From Calcarisporiella thermophila CBS 279.70 (lineage: Eukaryota > Fungi > Calcarisporiellomycota): a DNA stretch of 64,000 nt. The DNA is taken from assembly GCF_041956535.1 (NCBI RefSeq), contig NW_027192205.1, positions 62,001-126,000 on the forward strand, given 5' to 3'. Below the pieces are notes generated by a model, which did no database searches, was not told the origin of the DNA, and saw nothing but the letters and a program-made list of their open reading frames with translations. Shown one piece after another: positions 53,855 to 64,000 of the stretch. Each line of letters starts with the position of its first letter. The first letter of the stretch is position 1. The translations under genes and the position numbers were made by a program.

Positions 53855-56034
53855 ATGAAAAAGTAAATATATCGTTTAATAAATGGATCGTTATTCCGAT
53901 GTTAAGCGCCATTCACTTTCTCCTTTAACATCATTAGTCCTGATTCAATTGACGAGGAGCAGCTCTCAAGCTACCTGAGAGACTATGATTTTTATGGTCA
54001 TGCAATTGATGTCGCCCTTCGGTTAGTATTTTTTTTTTTTCCCTTCTTAGGCGCTGGCCTCGTAAACATATTTTTATTTCTGATTTGTATAGGAAACTAC
54101 TTGGTAATTTCGCTCTTCCCAAAGAAGCACAGCAAATTGACCGTGTAGTAGCTGCATTCGCCAGGCGTTATCATGAATGCAACCCAACTCTTTTCCGTTC
54201 TGCAGGTATGCGATAACTTCTAATAGCCAGAGTAAAAAAAAAGCACCTATTTTATATAATGTGCCTCTAATGATATTAGATGAAACATATGCGGTTGCAT
54301 TTTCGCTACTACTTCTCCACACTGATGCACACAACAAACATGTAAAGACGAAGATGACGAAGAATCAATATATTAGGCAAACAAAACTCATAGAAGATGG
54401 AGATAAGATACCTATCGAAATCCTCGATGTATGAACGTGACATTTGATATGATTGAGGAATGGAAGTTACATAAAATTTTCTTTTTTCCTAGATTCTCTA
54501 CGATAACATCACCTATACCGAATTTACTTACCTCGAGGATGAGTTTCCTATTCCACAGCGGATGAAATCCTCGCATCGTCTTCTCTCCCCTACTGCACGT
54601 TCATTCTCAGACTCTAACCTTCTTCAAAAGCGGCTAAAACATACGGAAGAACATCTTCGTACTAAGGTCGAACAACTTATCCCGGAAAAGGATCCATTCA
54701 TTCGATATACTCCTTCGAACATAACAAATTTACGGAGAAGTTTTCGAACCCTCCGAAATATATCTATTGCTGGTGTACGGAGTCGGCAAACCCAGAGTCC
54801 GCACCACAACGCCAAAGATGCTGAGAGAAATACGGCGGATAAAAATGGTGTGGGAGCATGTGAGAATCGATTACGAGCAGTGAAAATGAGCATTTTAGAA
54901 AAGAAAAATGACTTGTCCCAAGGAGGCACAAAGGCCACCGTCCGGCTATGGCGTCCATATGGAGTGGCATTGACGGCAGGGCAGCTAGTTTTGTTTCCTG
55001 ACATTGAAACATTTAAGGAGCTGACGAATGGTGGCGAAACCGTATGTATTTACAGGGTTCTGCTCTAGTTTTCCTATATCGCGTGTACTGAGCACGTTTC
55101 TTCCCCCTCCATTTCCTCTTGATAGTCCGCTGCAAGCATGTTGCGCCCAAGTGTTATTCTCTCGATTCGAGATGGATTTTGTGTTCACGATCAATCCTAC
55201 CACAAGCACCCGCACGTATTCCGATTCGTGGAGCGTGACGGGCATGAGTACCTCTTCCGTGCGTCCGATGAAAACGAAATGAGGGATTGGATCATTTGGA
55301 TCAACTATGGAGCCGCTTGCCGAACGGTGGGAATCACCTTTCGCTCTCCACACGCTTCCCCTCATAAACTTGTCCAAGAACAGCACCACGATCTCGCTAA
55401 GCATGTGTCGGAATACTTGGAAAGTGTCCAATCCAAAATGTCAATCCATCAGGAGCAGCTTGAGAATGAGATGCGACTTCGTGGAAATCTGTGTGCCTTG
55501 ATTCCTTTGCAGAAGTCCACTCGAGATCGGATGCAGCACTTCATCGATACGGCAGCCACGCGGATACGGAGGCTCCGCTTGACACTTGCTAAACTCGAGA
55601 CTTATATGGACATTTTGACAAAGGAGTTGACGATACTGGGACAAAAGCGACCCATCATAAGGCCGCAGAGGTCTTCTTCCTCTTCCACTGCAACTACTTC
55701 ATCGCAAGGCTCTTCCCACACCAAGCCCTCCACTGACTCGAATGGATGGTGGAGTGAGTCACAGAAGCGTTCGGACACTTCGCCCTTAATACCTCGGCCA
55801 ATTAGAAGCAACAGCGGATCCAGAGTTCACCCTTTGCCGTCACTAGACATGAGATTGCTTGCCCCCCCGCTCCTGCGGTCCCCCACCACCAGCTCTGACA
55901 CGGAGTACGAAATAGATTCTGTGGTGACCCCCGATGCATGCCACATGAATTTTAGAGACGAAGCCAGTCTGCTGCTAAGAGGGGACCAGGATGATGTGCC
56001 TGAAGAGGATGGAGCTGAAGAATCGGAGAAATGA
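53855..56034 (+). CDS. Sec7 + PH domain Arf guanine-nucleotide exchange factor (Syt1-like); start uncertain
   Basis: [13 protein letters not shown]|[17 protein letters not shown] (glutamic finger), [19 protein letters not shown]; PH domain W-RPYGVALT...[23 protein letters not shown]; coiled coil. Confidence 0.85.
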
Positions 56035-56484
56035 ATTCAGATTTCCATGTGCTAATAGATTTTCTAATGTGTTTGCTGACCTCCCTCAGTGACACGCGAT
56101 ACTTATAAAATGTACATATTTTTCAGTATTTTAAGTTTTTATGTGTCTCATTTTTATTCAATAAAACGGCCAGTGTCTCTTGTATTCGGATAGCTTTTTT
56201 CCTTTTTGTTTTTAGTTTAATCCGAATTTAGACTTGTAGGTATTAACAGATCGGATCCGAAAAAAGAGGCGATCCCAATCAGTTAGAGTCTGTTGAGTTC
56301 GAAATAGGAACTGCAAGTTACATAGTTCTCTCACTTTCATCATTGCCGTCTTCGCTCTTTTTCTTCCTTTCTTCTAAAACTCATATTCACGATTAATCAT
56401 GTCCCTCTCACCCTTCACAAAAATTCTCTGGAGTTATTCGTTAAATAAAAAATAATCAAACGTGATTTATTTATTGGTAATCCA

Positions 56485-57269
56485 TCACGACAAGAGCTGC
56501 GCCAGAGGCATTAATGTGTTTAATCCAACTGGTTGCTGTGGTCTCTGCCAATCCGCTGGCAGTCTCTCATACGTGAACCACTCTCGGATCCATTTCACTG
56601 GAGCTTTTTTGCCATCGCCAAAAACAAACACAATCGTCACCGCTTCGAAATTAGCCGCCATCTTTTTAATCATATCAAAGCTGTATCTAGGATTCTCCGC
56701 TTTGCATTGCTGCTCTCTTAGTTTCCTCACTCTTTTTATATCGTCAAGCGTGATGTATTGCCCATCCTTACTCATAGATAGGAACTGTTCTAGGAGGGTT
56801 TGATTCAATTTAATATAATCTGGAGTGGTTCCAAAATCACTTCGCGTAATTGATGCATCGTGTTCGACTACATTGTGCGGATTCAAATCGGAAAGTTGGA
56901 AGCCCCCTGAGTGGAACATACCCAGAACCGTTGAAAAACCAAAAGGGAAGGCGACCACAGGGCTGATGTTATAAACATTCTGGAGAGCGTTTGTAAGATT
57001 CATGAACGAGATTCCTCTACCGCTTCGAGGTCTATGGTAGATAGAAGAAAGAATAGCTAAATATCTAGGTAGAGCAAGTGTTATCTGTTGAACCGAAAAG
57101 TTAATTACAAAAAGCCATGGTTTGCTAGAGTGTTCAACCCTGGACAAGAGGTGCGAGAATCGTTGGGTCCCGCTGGTATCCATTCACCGGCGGCTACCAA
57201 CGTGAATAGCAAAGGTGGTAAACAGAGCGCGATAACAAAAATAGACTTGATAATTCGAAGGAGATACAT
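56485..57269 (-). CDS. Secreted heme-thiolate peroxidase / unspecific peroxygenase (short type)
   Basis: The true exon 1 (57269 to about 57109) is MYLLRIIKSIFVIALCLPPLLFTLVAAG...RTSCPGLNTLANHGFL|PRSGRGI; the ORF track reads across the intron. Also HNVVEHDASITRSD and EWFTYERLPADW. Confidence 0.9.
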
Positions 57270-58319
57270 AGCTAGTTGAATAGTGCTAATATACTTGAGC
57301 TAACAAGAACAAAGGTTTACTCTAACGGTTACGGAGAAAGATTCGAGCTGATAAGAAGAGTCAAGTCAGCTTGAATTGAGATTTGAATGAATTATGGCTA
57401 AATAGTAAGCAAACTAGAGCAGCGAGGTGAATTAGCTAGAAACGAGCTTCGGGAAAAGTAGAATGGACAGCCGCCTTTTTTCATCTTCTCCGTGCTAAAT
57501 CATGGATAAAGTTAAAAAAGGTAAACAAGTATGACCTAAACACCCTTGTCAATCTAAACCGCTCTGTCTCTAATTTTAACCCTTTCTATAAAAGACACTG
57601 CCTAAAATGCCTTGATCCAATTTGAAATCGGTTATGGATTCTGTAGGGAAGAATGGGAGGTGGCAAATTTTATTTGGTTAGAAATGTTGAAGTGTTTAGG
57701 ATTGCCCGATATCATGGATGGATTCACTACTAGTCCAAAATAAATTTGGTCACATTTAGGGAAACCGACAAGGGCCATTTTAATATTATTGAATTTTTGG
57801 GCGAGGGAATAGAGCATTTACACGGTCACTTTAGATACCGTAACGGGAACCTTCTCTACTCTCGGGTTAAATATCCCCAATTGATCCGATGCGATGGAAC
57901 AGTTCTCTAGGCCTATGGCAGCAGCATCAATCTCCGTGGTGATTTTGTCCTGCTTAAAAAAAGATTCAAACTTGTATTGGAAAGGTTTAAACGAAGAGGC
58001 AGGTTGGCCAAACCATTCTTTAGCTCACTGAACACCTCATTACACTGCAAATGCAAAAAATGGGTAGTGGAAAAATGCTCATTTTCTAACGCTCCGGGGA
58101 GCTGACTCATGGTTAGCATTATGAAGGGTTAGCCTATAGACTGAGCTAGGATTGTTTTTCTTGGAAAATGGCAAACTGCACCGTTAATAAACGGTTATTT
58201 ACCCCTTATGGTTGACCAGTTGCTCTTTCGTGTGTTTGGACTGAATTTTCAGAGAAGATAATTATAAAGTGCTTTTCGCTGTGACGGTTTTTTGCATTTT
58301 ATCTTTTGCTTGGACTATA

Positions 58320-59472
58320 ATGCGCAGAAACCTTAGATACGTAATCAATACACCCGAGAGCTCCACGCCAGAAGTAGAGGAAGAAGAAATAGAAGAAGAT
58401 GAGGAAGAAGAAGTAGAAGAGGATGAAGAAGATGAAGTAGAAGAGGAGGAGGAAGAGGAGGAGGAAGAGGAGGAAGAGGACGAGGAAGAGGTAGACGAAG
58501 TAGAAGAGGAGGAGGAGATTGATGTGGATGGAGAGAGGGAGATTGAGGAAGTTGAAGAGGAGGGAATAGAGGAAAATGGCGAGCTGGAGGAGGAAGACGA
58601 AGAAGAGGAGGAAGAGGAAGAAGTAGAAGGGGAGGGGGAGGAGGAGGAAGAAGTAGTAGAAGAGGACGAGGAAGACGAGGAGGAAGGAATGATTAGAGGG
58701 CGAAAGCGTGGAGGAGAGAGGATGAATGATCAAAGACGCGTAAAACGAAAAAGGATATCCGATGATTTAAGGTGATACACTATGTCTACTTATTAATGCC
58801 TACCATATTTTTTTTTCTCATTGGCCTCTATGTGTGTGTTCTATTTAGTGAAGCTTCTGACTCCGAAGAGGTTGGAACCCCCTCATCGACTCGGCAGTTA
58901 ACCAAGCGTCAGCGCGCTAAATATATGGGTGAGGTTACGATTGAGCAGGAGTACGCTGAGCTTCCGATTGAAAAGGGAAAACGCAAAAAACTGACCGAGG
59001 AGGAACTTACTCTGCGCCGATCAGAAGCGGCGCGGAGAAAAAAGAACCAGAGCATTAAAAAAGCCGAACAGGACAAGGTAATGCCAACTTTGCTACACTG
59101 TCCAATTTGATTCATGTCGATGGCTAATTTCTATTTTTGTGTTGGGTTTTCTAGCTCGAGACCATCAATAGACTCCTAAAAAAGCAAGCGACCAAACGGA
59201 CCAAGAAAGACGACGTCAATGAGCAGATGCAAGAGGAAGATTCATCCCCCATCCCTCTAACGCATATGAGATATATCGCCAACAGAGCAGGAGCAACCCT
59301 GAGCTGGCCAACCGGACTAGAGCCAAGCGAATTTGGTGAATTCAAGGGATATCCATCTGCTCCACGCAAGTGTGCTGCACCTGGATGCAAAAACCAGCGC
59401 AAGTACACGGCAAAGCAAACGGGAAAGTCAGCCTGCTCTCTTCAGTGCTATCGTGTTGTAGAGCTAAAGTGA
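58320..59472 (+). CDS. IES2: INO80 complex subunit Ies2 (PAPA-1 domain + HIT-type zinc finger)
   Basis: Acidic N-terminus; LTKRQRA, LTEEELTLRRSEAARRKKNQS, ETINRLLKKQ; C-terminal CAAPGC...KY...ACSLQCY. Confidence 0.88.
58371..58685 (+). repeat. GAR-rich low-complexity tract encoding poly-Glu/Asp
   Basis: About 105 codons, mostly GAA/GAG/GAT, within IES2. Confidence 0.85.
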
Positions 59473-59564
59473 ACGATATCCATCCATTTGTATTTATATA
59501 TTTGAGTCAAAATAAAGTTAAAAAGAAGGAACAAAGGGAACGAAAACATATCAGCGCGTCTAGG

Positions 59565-60558
59565 TTATTTTTGAAGTGATTCTTCAACGCCTGGTTTACC
59601 ACGAGTCGAGTACATGCTCTCCACTTTGCTGATTGTCTCTTCAGAGGCATACTCACTAGCCTTTTGAATATCCTCTTCTGCCTGCTTTGCTTTTACATTA
59701 GCGGCCTGTTGAGCCTCTCTGGCTTTATCCTCCATTGTCTCTCTCGAGACCTCGACCGACTTCTCCACCATCTCTCTAGCCTCAGCTGTTTTCTGTGATC
59801 CCATCTCCTCTAGTTGGTCCACCGCTCCACTTATTTTTGCTCTTGCATCCGAGACTGCCCTCGTGAGTTCTCCGCGCACCTGTCCAAGCTGAGGCCACCC
59901 CTCTTTTTCCAATCTTTCCAGTTCCCTAACTACATTTCGGGATGTCCCAGGCACCCAATACCACGCAGCCACACCTGCGAACAATAGGGGGGTCAATGCT
60001 CTCAAAATGATCCCGCGTCTTCTTGCAATAATAGTGCCGGCCAGACCCGTTACACCAACATAGATGGAATTGGGTACAAGGCGATCTGCGGGGTCGACAA
60101 GTTCTTTTATTTTGTGCTCAACACATTGCTCAAAACCAATCCACTGTTTAGTAATAGAGTGAAGGCGCGACTGGAGGGATTGAAACGAGGTTTGGGCGAA
60201 AGATTGGGTTTGGGAGGAGATTTTCTCGAGTCGGGAGGGTTCTAGTACAAGGACGTATTCGGGCTGGGGTTCATCATAGATTGGGAGCTATGTGAATTGG
60301 AAAATTGGATACGACTAGCAAAATGAAGGAGAGTTTACGAGTTGTGCGACAATAGTGCACCTACCTTTTGCTTATGTCCTTCGGCCATGGCTGTGGTGGT
60401 GAGTCCCGCACCTAATGTTATTGTTCCTGCCGTCAAGACTTTGGCCGTGGATTTCTATATGAAAAGAATCGATTTGTAAAAATAGGATGCAGTCCATGGA
60501 ATATGAAAATCGGTCAATCCCATTAGTTACTTACTCGCAGTACTGTAGCACGGAACAT
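59565..60558 (-). CDS. MIC26: MICOS subunit Mic26/Mic27 (apolipoprotein O family)
   Basis: Spliced: MFRATVLR|KSTAKVL...KQK|LPIYDEP...PSRLE...WIGFE...PNSIYVGVTGLAGTIIARRRGIILR...PGTSRNV, with a helical tail. Confidence 0.85.
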
Positions 60559-61526
60559 TCTTTACGCTTGTAGATCTAAGAGCCTCGAATTGGGATATGG
60601 AGCCTAATCAATGAGTTATTGCTCTAGGGCTCAGGAATTGCTTTCGTCATCGAGTCACATAGACTTATAAATAATCTTAATTTGCTCAGGTTCAAATTGA
60701 AATTTGTCATCTTCGAATCGATTATAGTAAATCTGTCGAACAGGGTCAAATTTTATATTTAATGGCTTACACTAATCAAAAAAAAATATGTTCTGCAATG
60801 GTTCGCGCTCTACCTCAAGTAAACTTGTGTGGAGTTCGCTTGTAATATGTTTATAGCACTTGATACATTTGATACATTTGATACTTTAAAGCACTGAGAG
60901 TCTTCTGGAAATAAACTGGTCGGTTTACTGTTTTCTCCGAAGAAAATTTTAACAGTTATATTTCCAATGAAGTAGTAGTCATTGGCCCTTGACTCCTTCC
61001 TCTCACATTGATCCCTTGGGGAAGAAAACATTGAGAAAGATCTTGAAAAATACTGACGTTGTACTGTGTTTAATCATGGATTTGAGGTATGTTATAAATA
61101 CAATGAAGTAGTGGGATCTAAAGATCAAGATAAAATAAAAAGGTTTACCTAGAGCTCCTTGGGTGAGTAAAGCCTAATGGCCATTTTTGGGCTGAAATAA
61201 CCAACCCAAGAAGCGAACAAGAAAAGGTTTTTTCGAGAGAACTCATGCACCATTATATCTTATTTTCTTATGCGAATATTGAGATTTTTAGTAGTTTCTT
61301 TAGAATCAAACGAGGAAAATGTAATTAAATAATCAATTTATGATGAATCTTTGTAACAATATCCTTATTAAAAAAAGATGCCTAAATGTAAATAAATAGT
61401 ATAAAATTTAGAAATAATGGCGCTATTAAAAAAAAATTGTGCAACAGTCTCCCATGAAATACGAATGCTATACTTTGCGGTCCTACCATCGTTAAAAATA
61501 ATACTGAAGCTCAACCATGTTTACGT

Positions 61527-62452
61527 CTACAATTTGTTATTTTTAATAAAGTCCTCTTCTAGACTCCCACGTTTTAACTTCACAACTCCTTCCTGCATTA
61601 TGCTCGCTACCAAAGTTCCGTCTTGTTTGTAGATTCTCCCAAGCGCAAGTCCTCTAGTGTTTCTCAATATCGGTGCCTCTGTCTCAAAGAGTAGCCATTC
61701 ATCTGCTCTAAAATTATCATGGAAATAGACGACGTGATCTAAACTAGCCAGCGTGGTAATATAAGGATCGGTATTGAATCCTACTCCAAGTGGAAAGCAT
61801 GCCGTATAAAGGAGTTCTAAGTCCGAAGCATAAGCTAGAGCACATTCATGCACCACGTTATCTTCCGAAAGCCGCCCTCTCATGCGGACCCACACGTGTC
61901 TATGGGTGGTTTTAGTTATGGGAGCCAATATACCCTCTTCAGGATTTGCATAAGTAACTCGGAATTCTATTGGACTATAGGGCTATGAGAATCAAAAGTC
62001 AGATAATCAACAATGGAGAACTCGAAGCTGAAAATGTCTGAGTCGGTGCAAGGAAAAACTATACCTCTTTATATGTATTTTCAAGCAATTTACGGCGTAT
62101 AGGAGGGCATTCAGGTTTTTCCCTGACGCGTTTAACACGATCTTCTTCACTATCGTCCGATAATCAACAAGTGGACACATTGTTTCNNNNNNNNNNNNNN
62201 NNNNNNNNNNNNNNNNNNNNNNNNNNNNNNNNNNNNNNNNNNNNNNNNNNNNNNNNNNNNNNNNNNNNNNNNNNNNNNNNNNNNNNNNNNNNNNNNNNNN
62301 NNNNNNNNNNNNNNNNNNNNNTAATTGAGCCTACCATTAACTCCTGGTTGAAGAACCTGCAAATGGGGAACAAGGATTCGGCTCTGAAAGTGGTCCTTGC
62401 CAAGCCCATCTATGGCAATCACATCTTCAATTTTTATAAATTCAGCTTCCAT
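61527..62452 (-). CDS. TES1: Acyl-CoA thioesterase II (TesB/ACOT8), peroxisomal; interrupted by an assembly gap
   Basis: PIEFR, HECALAYASD, ASLDHVVYFH, RADEWLL, RGLALGRIY..DGTLVAS..QEG; PTS1-like -NKL. The N-terminal half lies partly in the gap. Confidence 0.82.
62187..62321. other. Assembly gap (135 N)
   Basis: Run of N. Confidence 1.
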
Positions 62453-64000
62453 AAGTTTGACTCGCTTGGACAAGTAGCGCACAAGTTCTTTATAGATCAA
62501 ACAAATTATTTTAGAAATAATAGGGGTCCTTTCCGATTTCTTACCGATATTTATACTTATGAAATGAATGAATAAACAGTTTCGGTACATTTCGGTAAAT
62601 TTAGCTTGAGAATTCATTTCGCAATCTAATACCCAGCAAATGATAGCGAACATCAGCGCAGGGGTTAATAAGATCTCCGCATTATATTGGATATCCCAAT
62701 ACCAGGAATCCTAAATATGACCATCATCTTTATAGTAAGATGCTGCATTTAGCCTTTGAATTAAATAATATCCAATTACACCTTACAAAGTGCTTTGTAT
62801 TCCATCCATCTTTTCATAATATATTGGCAAATGTAGACCGGACACATTGCTTATTAGCAATGTTAAATTAGGTCGGCAATATGTTTGGCATACCTGGACA
62901 AACAAGGATATTTGGGCGCAGATGGATCACTAAAGTTTTCATTTTCTACACGTGTCGGTAAAATTGCACTAATATTCGTGACGATAAAGTTAAATCCGAA
63001 GCTTAAACGTCATCCCTGTAAAAAGCCACCGAAAGGAAGCTCCGTGGAAACATTAAGGATCATATATACCATTGGCTCATGTGGATTTTCAATAAACGGA
63101 ATATGGAAACCGGAAAAGGCACACTATGGAATTTTATTCGTCTTGGCCCAAGCAAAAAAAATTTGGGCCGAAATAAATCTATGGAACTGAGTTTCAGCTG
63201 TGATTTTACGGCCAGGCAAAAGAGCTCCTTTAAAAATTCCCCAAGATTTCGGAGTAAATATGTTCAAACAAACAAGCTGTTATTAAGGCAAAAAGAGGAT
63301 ATACTAAGTGGTAGTCAGAGAGCACTTTATTTATACAAATTATTGAGTATTCATTATAATGCCCCTGAAAAGAAAGAGAATAAAAGGTTGGCACCATGTA
63401 AAATCTCTATATCTGGATTTAAGAAATTCTCCGAAATATATTAATATTTCACTTGAAGAGAGTTAGCAAAGGATATTCAGTTGTATATGTAATGATAACG
63501 GAGTAAGTGGGGTTTCCAAATAATTAATTGTATTTTATATGGACGTTGTTTGTAGAGAAATATTTAGGTAAAATTAAAAATTTTAAGGTGCCCAAAAACT
63601 TTCCGGAGATACTTTATATTCAGGAGAATTAAGATTAAAGGCGATATAACCATATATTTTTCTTTTAGTTTATATTCATCCTCAATCTTAATTACTTTTT
63701 CTATTTGTATTAGGTTTGCAGAACCGTCCGGTTGCAACAGCAGTTGCGAGCGCAGGAAAAAGGAAAGCCAAGGGAATCAGTTCCGTGGAAGAATTGGGCA
63801 ACGAGATAGAGAGGGTCAAGAAGCTTGCACGAACTTACAGAAATAAGAGAAAGTCGAATCACCAGGCAAGACAGGGCATAATGTAATTCCATGATTTGTA
63901 AATGCTAACGCAGCATTAAAAAATATATAGAATTTTTTACTGGATAAAAAATTCTATATATTAATGGCATGATATCGTTTATAAACCTGGTGTAATTGAG

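Noticed and set aside
58299-58733. Very hydrophobic 144-aa ORF that looks like a membrane protein
   Set aside because: It is the antisense translation of the GAR-rich acidic tract of IES2.
60861-60887. Short tandem repeat (TGATACATT)x3
   Set aside because: A trivial minisatellite with no spacers; not CRISPR-like.
23736-62452. Fatty-acid oxidation gene cluster (POX1, CYB5, MPO1, peroxygenase, TES1)
   Set aside because: The genes are spread over about 39 kb among unrelated housekeeping genes.
63710-63892. 60-aa Cys-containing ORF as a second secreted peptide
   Set aside because: The signal peptide is weak and the Cys pattern irregular. It is near the window edge and has an internal GTAAGT, so I cannot support it as a gene.

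Overview
This is gene-dense eukaryotic DNA with short AT-rich GT-AG introns, most likely from an early-diverging fungus (Mucoromycota/Zoopagomycota-like). That assignment is inferred from intron style and from VMP1, LAMTOR3, KCTD9-like, HSPA12-like and heme-thiolate peroxygenase genes. I can support about 29 protein-coding loci, mostly housekeeping: NUP170, RRP7, a secreted nucleotidase, an Hsp70-like protein, RVS161, HMT1, acyl-CoA oxidase, cytochrome b5, LAMTOR3, VAMP7, PUF6, MoCo sulfurase, VMP1, MPO1, SZRD1, VTI1, a Sec7-PH GEF, a peroxygenase, IES2, MIC26/27 and TES1. Two accessory pockets stand out. The first (about 15-23.5 kb) has a tandem pair of VC0807-like membrane genes, one frameshifted, plus a BTB-pentapeptide gene and a decayed UXS1 pseudogene that the ORF track shows only as unlabelled fragments. 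The second (about 42-52 kb) has an intronless double DJ-1/PfpI gene with asymmetric active sites, a convergent secreted 8-Cys cationic peptide, a probable retroelement relic, and two orphan membrane proteins carrying trafficking or autophagy motifs. I recognised no rRNA, tRNA or CRISPR features. Gene boundaries come from manual splicing and family calls from motif recognition; no database search was run.
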